Shown here: positions 53,761-62,478 of the stretch, piece by piece | How the letters are laid out: the number at the start of each line of letters is the position of its first letter | Numbering within the stretch: position 1 is the first letter of the stretch | Assembly (NCBI GenBank): GCA_964392085.1 | Contig: CAYMOV010000005.1 | Coordinates: 5,343 to 69,342, forward strand | Direction of reading: 5' to 3' | Source of the DNA: an uncultured bacterium | GTDB lineage: Bacteria; Oederibacteriota; Muellerivitia; Muellerivitales; Muellerivitaceae | DNA length: 64,000 bases | The notes under the pieces: model-generated | Told to the model about the DNA's origin: nothing | Seen by the model: only the letters and a program-made list of their open reading frames with translations | Database searches by the model: none | Made by a program: the position numbers and the translations under genes

Positions 53761-54036
53761 ATGTACGAAAATCACGGTTTCCACAATTTGCTCTGGTTCC
53801 TGGTCGTCGGCGGAGCCGCCGGTTGGTTGGCGAGCCTCTTGGTCCAAGGCGGCGGGATGGGGATCGTGGCGGACATCGCCGTGGGGATCCTGGGGGCGTT
53901 CCTGGGCGGTTGGTTGATCGACTTCTTCAACCTCAACGTCTGGGGCTTCTGGGGATCATTCTGCATGTGGGTCTTGGGCGCCGCGATCCTGCTGGTGGTG
54001 TTTAGGGCCCTCTCGGGCAAACGCGCAACCCGGTAA
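53761..54036 (+). CDS. GlsB/YeaQ/YmgE-family transglycosylase-associated stress membrane protein
   Basis: The ATG at 53761 with a CAGGAG RBS gives LLWFLVVGGAAGWLASLLVQGGGMGIVADIAVGILGAFLGGWL. The upstream part of the tracked ORF is not protein-like. Confidence 0.75.
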   Translation: MYENHGFHNLLWFLVVGGAAGWLASLLVQGGGMGIVADIAVGILGAFLGGWLIDFFNLNVWGFWGSFCMWVLGAAILLVVFRALSGKRATR

Positions 54037-54116
54037 CCAGACGCCCGCTCGACGGGCCGGCGAATTCGGCCGACCCTTCTCATCCATGGGACCCATGACC
54101 CGAACGAAGGAATGAA

Positions 54117-55193
54117 ATGGCCACGACCATCCAGGAAGAGCCTAAAATCGCCGTGATGAAGGCCTTGGTCTACCACGGACCCAATCGTCGGGCGTGGGAA
54201 GACAAGCCGAAACCGTCGGTCCGGGAAACGACGGACGCCTTGGTGCGGATCACCACCACGACCATCTGCGGCACCGACCTCCACATCATCAAGGGCGAGG
54301 TGCCCACCGTACAGGCCGGGCGGATCTTGGGCCATGAGGGCGTCGGCGTCGTGGAGGCCCTCGGGTCCGCCGTGACCGGTTTCACCGTGGGTGACCGGGT
54401 CCTCATCTCCTGCGTCTCGTCCTGCGGCAAATGCGACACCTGCAAGCGGGGCATGCCTTCCCATTGCCGGGACGGCGGTTGGATCCTGGGCAACACCATC
54501 GACGGCACCCAGGCCCAATACGTCCGGGTCCCCCACGCCGACAACAGCCTTTACCATTCCCCGGCGGGCATCGACGAGGACGCCCTGGTGATGATGTCCG
54601 ACATCTTCCCCACGGGTTTCGAGTGCGGGACCCTCAGCGGCCAGGTGAAACCCGGGGACTCGGTGGCCATCGTGGGCGCCGGCCCCATCGGCCTGGCGGC
54701 CCTATTGACGAGCCAGTTCTTCTCACCGGCCAAGCTGATCGTGATCGACCAGGACCCGAACCGGCTCAAGGTGGCCCTGTCCTTTGGGGCGACCCACGTC
54801 GTCAACTTCAAGACCGAGAAGGCCGTGGAGAAGGTCCGATCCCTGACCAAGGGCGAGGGCGTGGACGTGGCCATCGAGGCCGTGGGTTCCCCCGGGTCCT
54901 TCGAGACCTGCCAAAACATCGTGGCCCCGGGCGGGCGGATCGCGAATATCGGGGTCCACGGCAGATCGGTGGAATTGCACCTGGAAAAGCTCTGGAGCAT
55001 GAACCTGACCCTCACCACCCGGTTGGTGGATACGACGAGCATCCCCCTGCTGTTGAAGGTGCACCAGTCCGGCAAGTTGGACGCCAAGCGGATGAGCACC
55101 CACAAGTTCGCGCTGTCCGACATCCTGAAGGCCTACGACACCTTCGGGAACGCCGCTCAGGAAAACGCCTTGAAGGTGCTTTTGAAGGCCTGA
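54117..55193 (+). CDS. zinc-dependent alcohol dehydrogenase (MDR family)
   Basis: It has GHEGVGVV, the structural-zinc Cys cluster CVSSCGKCDTCKRG, and the NAD(P) motif GAGPIGLA. Confidence 0.9.
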   Translation: MATTIQEEPKIAVMKALVYHGPNRRAWEDKPKPSVRETTDALVRITTTTICGTDLHIIKGEVPTVQAGRILGHEGVGVVEALGSAVTGFTVGDRVLISCVSSCGKCDTCKRGMPSHCRDGGWILGNTIDGTQAQYVRVPHADNSLYHSPAGIDEDALVMMSDIFPTGFECGTLSGQVKPGDSVAIVGAGPIGLAALLTSQFFSPAKLIVIDQDPNRLKVALSFGATHVVNFKTEKAVEKVRSLTKGEGVDVAIEAVGSPGSFETCQNIVAPGGRIANIGVHGRSVELHLEKLWSMNLTLTTRLVDTTSIPLLLKVHQSGKLDAKRMSTHKFALSDILKAYDTFGNAAQENALKVLLKA

Positions 55194-55631
55194 GGCGGGC
55201 GGAAGGTTACCGGGCTCCGTCGGGACGTCCGGATTCCCGGGTTTATTGACGATTCAGCCGCTTTTTAGGTCCCCGCCCCCTACAACGTCAAAACAATGCC
55301 CTTGTAGGGGCTCGATCCATCGAACCCACAGGCGCCATGACTCGGGTTCACGTTTTTACGCCGAGGCTTGCCGGCGCCCCCCCGAAATCCGCGCGTCAAT
55401 CCCGGTCTGCGGAAGTCGGGCAAAAGCGGCTGAACCGCCACAGGTTTATTTTGCGCGACTATTTTCGGTCAAGCCATTTTTGGGCCAGGATGAATAACGG
55501 GTTCAGGATTCCACGGATAAGCGGCCGACGGGGGACCTGGCTTCGGGTTCCCGGGGCTGGGCGGGAGACGGTTAGGTCGCCGTCGTCGCCCAGGCGGCGT
55601 TTCCCGTTCCGGGAGCCCGGTCCAGGGGTGG

Positions 55632-56321
55632 TCATTCCGCCAACCGCCGCTTCAGCCCCTCGAGGTTGAGCACCGTGAAACGGCCCCGGCCGGCGGCGAT
55701 CAACCCCGACTCCTCGAAACGGAGGAAGGTCCGGATGCAGGTTTCCTCGGTGGTGCCCGCCATCTCCGCGACGGCCTTGCGGGTCATGGGAACCCTGGGA
55801 CCGTACTCCCGCGCCATTTCGATGATCACGTGGATCACGCGTTTCTCGACCGTCTCCCGGGAAAAGACATGCCGGTTCCTCATGGCGCGCAGGAGGTTCG
55901 ACATACGGGAGACCATGCCCCAGGCCATCTCGGGGCATTTTCCCATGAGGAACTTGAACCGCAGGATCGGGAAGGAGACCGCCACGGCGTCGGTTTCCGC
56001 CAGGCAGTAACAGCCGTATTCGCCGCCGTTGAAGGACGCGGTCCCGAACATCCCCCCCACCCCGATGAGTCCGAGGGTCAAGTCCCGTCCCTCCACCGTG
56101 TGGAGCCCCTCCTTCACGTAACCCTCCTTGACGAACCAGATGGAGGCCGCCTCGTCATCCTCCTGGAAGAGGGAATCCCCCTCGGCGTATTTGCGCTCGA
56201 TCCCCCCGTCCTCGACTTCCCGGAAAGCCCAAGCCGGCAGGCTTCTGAAGACCTCCATGGCGGAGAGGAGGTTCCTTGAGGCGGACGGGACGGCCCCGAG
56301 CCTGGGTTTCGTCGTGGGCAT
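55632..56321 (-). CDS. Crp/Fnr-family transcriptional regulator
   Basis: It has a cNMP-binding beta-roll and a C-terminal HTH (TRKAVAEMAGTTEETCIRTFLRFEESGLI). Confidence 0.85.
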   Translation of the reverse strand: MPTTKPRLGAVPSASRNLLSAMEVFRSLPAWAFREVEDGGIERKYAEGDSLFQEDDEAASIWFVKEGYVKEGLHTVEGRDLTLGLIGVGGMFGTASFNGGEYGCYCLAETDAVAVSFPILRFKFLMGKCPEMAWGMVSRMSNLLRAMRNRHVFSRETVEKRVIHVIIEMAREYGPRVPMTRKAVAEMAGTTEETCIRTFLRFEESGLIAAGRGRFTVLNLEGLKRRLAE

Positions 56322-56636
56322 AATGCCTTCTTTCGGGCAGAGTGATCGCCTTGACAGGTTACCCCCCGCGGGCCCGGTGGGTATCTTTAATTAATGATTT
56401 AAGTCGGGTCGGGTCACGCGGTCCGCGCGCCCAACACCGGCGCGATCAATTTGAGACCCGCGAAAATCATTTTGATTATTTTCGGCGGGTCCGCGGGATC
56501 GAACGCCCCATTCGGGGCCGCGCGCACCATTCCCGAGGGGAATCCAGTTCCCCTTGTGGCCCGCTTCTTGCTTTCAACTACAACAACAAGGGCGCATTCC
56601 CGGCCCTGATGTCCCTGATTCCTTCAAGGAAGATCC

Positions 56637-56990
56637 ATGGCCAAGAACCTTCGCGAGAGACCCGTCCCTTCCACCTTCTTGGACACGATGATCCGGATAG
56701 GCGGCGCCTTCATCGGCGGCGCGAAGCCCCTGGTCCACCGGTTGCGTGACGGCCTGGAGTCCCAGGCGGACCTCTACACCCAAGCCCTGGAGCGCCGCCT
56801 GGTGGCTTTGGCCCTCCGGGGATTCGCCCTTTTCCTGGGCGTGTGCTTCATCGGGTTGGGGATCCTTTTCACCCTGATCGACAAGGGGGGCGTCCCCCGG
56901 GGGATCGCCTTCCTTGGCGGCGGGTTGTTCGGCCTGTTGGTTTATGCCTTTTTACTCAAATACAGCAAGGAAAGCGGGTGGACGACGTGA
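56637..56990 (+). CDS. YqjE/holin-X-like (PF07332-type) two-TM membrane protein
   Basis: 117 aa with two TM helices and the conserved N-terminal amphipathic region. It pairs with the downstream DUF883 gene, as in E. coli yqjE-yqjD. Confidence 0.55.
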   Translation: MAKNLRERPVPSTFLDTMIRIGGAFIGGAKPLVHRLRDGLESQADLYTQALERRLVALALRGFALFLGVCFIGLGILFTLIDKGGVPRGIAFLGGGLFGLLVYAFLLKYSKESGWTT

Positions 56991-57007
56991 CCCAAAACAA
57001 CGTGGCC

Positions 57008-57295
57008 ATGAAGAAGCAGATCCTGAAGCACCTCGAGGCGGGCAAGGCCAAGCTGGCCTGGCTGGAGGCCAAGGTCCTCGACGAGAAGAAGATCCAAAAG
57101 CTCCGGGACGAGTTCGAGAAGTCGAAGCAAAAAATGGCCGACCTCAAGGACAAGTTCAACGCCTACGAGGAAAAGGCCGTCCAATACATCGAGTTGAACC
57201 CCAAGAAGGCCCTGGCCATGGCCACCGCCGCCGGTGTCTTGGCGGGCGCCCTTTGGGGTTCCTCCGGCAAGACAACCGTCAAGAGGAAGAAATAA
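57008..57295 (+). CDS. DUF883/ElaB/YqjD-family membrane-anchored protein
   Basis: A coiled N-terminal region and a C-terminal anchor NPKKALAMATAAGVLAGALWG. A GTG at 56986 overlapping the upstream stop is an alternative start. Confidence 0.6.
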   Translation: MKKQILKHLEAGKAKLAWLEAKVLDEKKIQKLRDEFEKSKQKMADLKDKFNAYEEKAVQYIELNPKKALAMATAAGVLAGALWGSSGKTTVKRKK

Positions 57296-57356
57296 CCCTC
57301 CGCATCGTGCCGGTCGCAATCGGCGTGTTGTTCACGACGCCCCGGAAGTGTGAATC

Positions 57357-58118
57357 ATGTTGACTGTCCGAAGGTCCGAAGAGCGCCATCACATCCAAAA
57401 CGACGGGCAAAACACCTGGGTGACGTTTGATTGGGGAAACAAGGCCGATCCCCTGCGGGACGGCTTCGGGGTGCTGAAGATCCTCAATGAGGAAACCCTG
57501 TCCCCGGGTCGGGGCTTCATCCTCCATACGCACAACGACATGGTGGTGGTGACCTACGTGCAGGCGGGCATGGTCATCTACAAGGGCACGCTTGAGGAAC
57601 CCGATTTCCTGGAGACCAAGGAATTCCAGCGGATCAACTCCACGCCCGACACGAAGCAGTACGTCTTCAACCCCTCCCAATCCGAGGACGCCCATGTCTT
57701 CCAAAGCGGGTTCACCCCCCAAGCGGGCGCTTTGAGGCCCGGGAGCCTGAAGAAGCTCTTCACCCACGCGGAACGGCAGGGGATCCTGAAACTTATCGCC
57801 TCCCCCGACGGCCGGGAGGGTTCCCTCCCTATCCAACAGGACGTCTACATGTATTCCACCTACGCGCACAATGGGAACCATGTCGTCCACGAGATCACCG
57901 CCGGAAGGACCACCTGGCTCCACGTGGTCAAGGGAGAGGTCCAGATGGCGGACCTTCATCTCAAAACAGGGGACGCTGTCGGCGTCTCGGATGAAAGGTC
58001 CATCTCCTTCACGGCGAAGGGCCCGACCGAGATATTGCTCTTCGACCTTTGCGCCCCGGTACCCGACAAGCTCACCAAGAACTCCGACGTCAACCGCCAG
58101 AACGCCATGATGAATTAG
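57357..58118 (+). CDS. pirin-family (cupin) protein
   Basis: It has the HTHNDMVVVTYVQAG metal-binding region and a bicupin architecture. Confidence 0.85.
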   Translation: MLTVRRSEERHHIQNDGQNTWVTFDWGNKADPLRDGFGVLKILNEETLSPGRGFILHTHNDMVVVTYVQAGMVIYKGTLEEPDFLETKEFQRINSTPDTKQYVFNPSQSEDAHVFQSGFTPQAGALRPGSLKKLFTHAERQGILKLIASPDGREGSLPIQQDVYMYSTYAHNGNHVVHEITAGRTTWLHVVKGEVQMADLHLKTGDAVGVSDERSISFTAKGPTEILLFDLCAPVPDKLTKNSDVNRQNAMMN

Positions 58119-58365
58119 CGGGATGATGAGGAATCCGGACTCAAGTGGCCCCCCCAACCGATCACAGTAGGGGGACTTCCGGCTTCCCATTGTCATTGGG
58201 AACAAAGTCAAAAGCGGGGTCGTGTCGCACGAGCGAATCACCCAAAAAACCGGGATTTACGGCCATTCGCACGAACCAAGTGGTTGTCGACTCGCCTTGA
58301 GAAAGCCTTTTTTCGCCAGGGTCGTCAGGGGGTTGTGTCGCCTGACTTTGGGCCAGGGGTCGGTT

Positions 58366-59658
58366 TTAGAATATATTTACCTTATGAGAGTTCCCTTCCC
58401 GCTTTCCGGCCACTCCGTAATAATTCAACAGATATCGCATGGTAAGGCCCTGAACCAAAACGGAGAAGAGAACAACCCCGTAAGTGGCTGCCAGGATTAA
58501 ATCCTTTTCCGGCAGGTCCGGCAAGGAAAGGGCCATTGCGATCGAAAGCCCACCCCTCAAACCTCCCCACGTGAGAATAGAAACGATTCCTCTTCGGCTT
58601 TCGTTCCATTGGATGAATCGAATGGGAAGGATGACCGAAAGAAACCTTGAAGCCAAAACAACGGGTACGGCCCCCAGGCCTATCAGCAGGTTGCGCCCAC
58701 CTACAAAAGTGTCAAAAACCTTCAGACCGATTAAAAGGAATAACACAGCATTCAAGATGTCGTCCATCATTCCCCAAAAAGCATCAAAATGCTCCGCGGT
58801 TTTTTGACTCATGGCATATCGCTTGCCGTGGTTGCCGATCAAAAGCCCCGCCACCACCACCGCGATGGGGCCGGATACACCCAACCGGAAAGAAAGGGAG
58901 TACATAAACATGACCAAAGCCAACGTGATCAAAAGTTCTAACTGGTGATAATTGATGCTTTTGAGCATCCTGAACGCCATGTAGCCCAAACCTAATCCTA
59001 AGAGAACACCACCAACCACTTCCCGCAGGAACAACCAAAACACATAGAGAGGGGATAAGGAAAGGGCAGATCCTTCCCCCCCGATTCCCGCCAAAGAGGT
59101 TAGGGCGAAAAAAACGACGACTCCCACACCATCATTGAAAAGGGATTCACCGGCGATGGTGGCCTCCAATTCCTTCGGGGCCCTTAGTTCTTTTAGCAGT
59201 CCCAAGACCGCGATTGGATCAGTGGGTGAAATAAGCGCCCCAAATACCATGCAAACCAAAAGGGAGACCTCCATTCCCGAGGCTTTGAGAAGCGCATAAC
59301 TCAGTCCCCCTACCATTGCCGTTGAAAAGAGGACACCTAGGGTCGCCAATACGAGGATGGTCCATCGGTTGGCCTTCAAGTCCTTGAATTTGACGTGGAG
59401 GGCCCCCGCAAACAAAAGAAAACAAAGCATGCCATGCATTAAAACCCGGTTGAAGTCGATGCCCGCCAGGAAAGTATTCAGGCCCGCCTTCAGGTGCCAC
59501 TGGGGTAGAAGCCAGCCGGTCGCCAACATGAAGAGAGAACTGAAGAGGGCAATGCTCATGATGCCTGTGGTGGCCGGAAGCCGTAAGAACCGGTAATTGA
59601 GGTAGCCGAACGCCGCCGCCAGGGCGATCAAAACAGCCGCGATATCGAAAACAGTCAT
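58366..59658 (-). CDS. cation:proton antiporter (CPA1, NhaP-type Na+/H+ exchanger)
   Basis: 430 aa with about 12 TM helices and the TDP/ND motif region (ISPTDPIAVLGLL...GESLFNDGVGVV). Confidence 0.9.
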   Translation of the reverse strand: MTVFDIAAVLIALAAAFGYLNYRFLRLPATTGIMSIALFSSLFMLATGWLLPQWHLKAGLNTFLAGIDFNRVLMHGMLCFLLFAGALHVKFKDLKANRWTILVLATLGVLFSTAMVGGLSYALLKASGMEVSLLVCMVFGALISPTDPIAVLGLLKELRAPKELEATIAGESLFNDGVGVVVFFALTSLAGIGGEGSALSLSPLYVFWLFLREVVGGVLLGLGLGYMAFRMLKSINYHQLELLITLALVMFMYSLSFRLGVSGPIAVVVAGLLIGNHGKRYAMSQKTAEHFDAFWGMMDDILNAVLFLLIGLKVFDTFVGGRNLLIGLGAVPVVLASRFLSVILPIRFIQWNESRRGIVSILTWGGLRGGLSIAMALSLPDLPEKDLILAATYGVVLFSVLVQGLTMRYLLNYYGVAGKREGNSHKVNIF

Positions 59659-59659
59659 T

Positions 59660-61099
59660 TTAAGAATCCCCAGCTCTTCTTCGGCTTAACGATTCCAACC
59701 GGACAAGAGCCGGCTTAGTTGTCCCGGGTTTTCCCTCCGAGCTTTTTACGTGGAAAGCAAGGTGACGATACAAAGGGACCGGCATGATCAGTTTTCCCAC
59801 CCCTTGCGCCAGGAAAGCGCCGATCATGAAGGGAATCAAAAGCATGCTTTGATCCGTCATTTCCATAATAATGATGACTGCCGTCAATGGAGCCTGAACC
59901 ACTCCTGAAAAGAAAGCCACCATTCCAATCAATGCGCAAGCCTTTAATCCCGCCACTTGAAATAACTGGCCGGTGGTAAAACCCAATCCGGCTCCAATGG
60001 ACAAACAAGGGGAAAATATCCCCCCCGCCATGCCGGACAAATAGGAAAAGGCAGTGGTGAGCAGTTTTTCAGGGAAATAAAGGGATGGCAGGGTTCCCTG
60101 TGCGTTATCCATAAAACGCCGGGTCACTTCATAGCCCGATCCCGCCGTGTCACCGTTGGTAAGAACGTTGATCAAAGCGCAAATAATTCCACACACGAGG
60201 GCTTTTCCCCACCAGGACGAAGGAAGAATTCGGTATTTAGGGTGAGTTAGTATCTTTGAAAAAACACCTCCAAATATCCCGCCCAAGAGACCGAGTAGTA
60301 TGGCGATTGGAATCAGGCTTAATGCCGATCCCTTTACAACAGGGTGGCCAAAGTAAAGGTAATTGCCTCCGATGGCTTGTGCGGTAATTCCACCAACAAT
60401 GACGGCCAACATGACTATTCGCTTGAACTGGGCGAAGGAATGTTCGGCGATCTCCTCTAACGCGAAGGTAATGCCCGCCAATGGGGTGTTAAAAGCCGCC
60501 GAAATCCCAGCTGATGCACCCGCAATAAGGTAGGACTGAAGATCCAAAGTGCCGAAATAGCGGCGTGCATGCCGTGCCGTAAAGGCAAAAACTGAAGAAG
60601 CCACTTGCACCGTCGGGCCTTCCCGGCCAATAGAAGCCCCGCCCAGGATTCCGACAACACTTGATATGATTTTCCAAGCGGCTGTTTTAATGGACACCAA
60701 CGGCCCTGTCATTTCACCGCGTTTTCCGTTTTCCACCCCATCAATCGCCTGAAGCACTTGAGGTATGCCGCTCCCTTTGGCTTCAGGCGCAAATTTCACT
60801 ACCAGCCATGTCGCCATAAGGAACAGGCACGGCCCAAGCAGAAGCGCCAAATAAGGATGGCTCTGTAATCCTTTATTAAATACGCCCTGGGTCAAAGTTA
60901 TAAGTTCCGCATAGAAATAGGCGATGATACCCACCACGACAGCCGCCAACAATAATGAAGCCTGCATCGTCGTCTTAGGGTGGATGGGGTTCAATTCCCT
61001 AGCACCGGCAGAAATACCCTTTCCAATATGTGAAACCGACTTCGATAATTCGTCCTTGGCTTTCCTCAGATTCATCTTCCTTTGATTCTTAGGCGCCAC
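59660..61099 (-). CDS. ClC-family chloride channel / H+-Cl- antiporter
   Basis: It has the GSGIPQ, GREGPTVQ and GxFxP selectivity-filter motifs and about 10-12 TM helices. Confidence 0.9.
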   Translation of the reverse strand: MAPKNQRKMNLRKAKDELSKSVSHIGKGISAGARELNPIHPKTTMQASLLLAAVVVGIIAYFYAELITLTQGVFNKGLQSHPYLALLLGPCLFLMATWLVVKFAPEAKGSGIPQVLQAIDGVENGKRGEMTGPLVSIKTAAWKIISSVVGILGGASIGREGPTVQVASSVFAFTARHARRYFGTLDLQSYLIAGASAGISAAFNTPLAGITFALEEIAEHSFAQFKRIVMLAVIVGGITAQAIGGNYLYFGHPVVKGSALSLIPIAILLGLLGGIFGGVFSKILTHPKYRILPSSWWGKALVCGIICALINVLTNGDTAGSGYEVTRRFMDNAQGTLPSLYFPEKLLTTAFSYLSGMAGGIFSPCLSIGAGLGFTTGQLFQVAGLKACALIGMVAFFSGVVQAPLTAVIIIMEMTDQSMLLIPFMIGAFLAQGVGKLIMPVPLYRHLAFHVKSSEGKPGTTKPALVRLESLSRRRAGDS

Positions 61100-61593
61100 A
61101 ATTACCTCTTGATCCGACTTTCAGTCGCATGTGACTCGATTTTCTGATGCCTTAATACAGTTTAAAGCCATTTCACTAACAATTTATACACCCACCCTAT
61201 AATAAATTCACTCCATCAGTTTACGACCACCCTGGCCTTCGACATGAAGACCTCTTGCTTCAGGACCCTTCACCGAACTTCCAGTTGAAGCTCTCGATAG
61301 CCTACGTTGTCCATGCCCCTTTGACGGCGGATATCAAGATGGAATGACCTACCAGAGCATGCTTTGGATCCCCTTCATGACTGGCCTTCCCAGATCCAAT
61401 AGTCGTAAAATTCATCCTGCTGGTCCAACTTTATCGTCATCCGGCTTTTCAAAAAACCGTGAAGGAAGGACAATGATAGCTTGAAATCATGATTTCTAAA
61501 ACCAGGAGGAATACCATTATGATCATTCTTGGGGTTGTCCGTGCTTTTCCTGTCATTCCGTTTTTCTGAACTGGATTGTTGATCCTTTTCGCC
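61100..61593. other. low-GC (~45%) 0.5-kb non-coding or decayed region between the ClC gene and atpG
   Basis: It contrasts sharply with the genome's GC content. It contains only short ORFs, for example a 16-aa ORF at 61519 with an AGGAGG RBS and a 38-aa minus-strand ORF. Confidence 0.5.
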
Positions 61594-62478
61594 CTATGCC
61601 TTGACCGCCTCAAACCCGGATATAACGTCGAAAAGTTCCTCGTCGATGGTCATCTGGCGTTGCCGTCGGAACTTTCCGTTGAGGTCGACCAACAGGTCCC
61701 CAATGTTTTTTTCGGCCCGTTGCATCGCGGCCAACCGGCTCGCGTTCTCGCTCGCGAGGGACTCGGCGCAGGCCCGGAACAGGGAAACGAAAAGGTACTC
61801 CCGCAGGAACGCCCGCAAAGCCCCAGAGACGTCCCCCACGACATCGGGCGGCGACTTCGTCGGCCAGGGAAGTCCCTCCAGGTCCCGCCTCCAGGTTTCA
61901 TCCAAGGGAAGCAGCCGCTGGTGGACGGGCTCGTAAACCGCCCCGGTGGAGGGACGGTTGTAGAAAAGGTGGAGTTCAGGGGCCGGAACCCGGTCGCTCC
62001 CCGTTCCCTGTTCCACGAGGATCCGGCCGACCAGCGGCGCGATGGTCCCGACGGAGTTCGGCACATGATGGAGACCCACCGGCCGCAGGCCTTCGTCCGT
62101 CAGGCGGGCGTGAACCCTTTCCCCGATAGCCCACAACTCGGGTGGGCCCTTCAAGGCCGCCAACGTCCCGGCCGCGAACCGGGATACCCGCTCGTTGAAG
62201 GATCCCACCAGACCCTGGTCCGAACCAAACACGATGGCGCGCACCGGCGCCCCAGTCTTCCTCGGCTTCCAAGCGGGAAATTTGCGGCCCCTACCTTGTT
62301 GCCGGAGGAGGAGGCCCAGCCCCAGTTCCACCCCGCGGGTGTAGTCCTTGGTCGCCCGTACCGATTTCTCGTATTGCCCAATGCTGGAGGCGGCCATCGC
62401 CTTCATCGCCCGGACGACCGATCCAAGGTCACCGGCCGAACGGATCTTCCGCTTCAAGACCGCCGTGGAATCGCTCAT
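61594..62478 (-). CDS. atpG: F1F0 ATP synthase gamma subunit
   Basis: N-terminal [25 protein letters not shown] and C-terminal [26 protein letters not shown] match the gamma-subunit ends. The start overlaps the atpA stop as ATGA. Confidence 0.85.
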   Translation of the reverse strand: MSDSTAVLKRKIRSAGDLGSVVRAMKAMAASSIGQYEKSVRATKDYTRGVELGLGLLLRQQGRGRKFPAWKPRKTGAPVRAIVFGSDQGLVGSFNERVSRFAAGTLAALKGPPELWAIGERVHARLTDEGLRPVGLHHVPNSVGTIAPLVGRILVEQGTGSDRVPAPELHLFYNRPSTGAVYEPVHQRLLPLDETWRRDLEGLPWPTKSPPDVVGDVSGALRAFLREYLFVSLFRACAESLASENASRLAAMQRAEKNIGDLLVDLNGKFRRQRQMTIDEELFDVISGFEAVKA

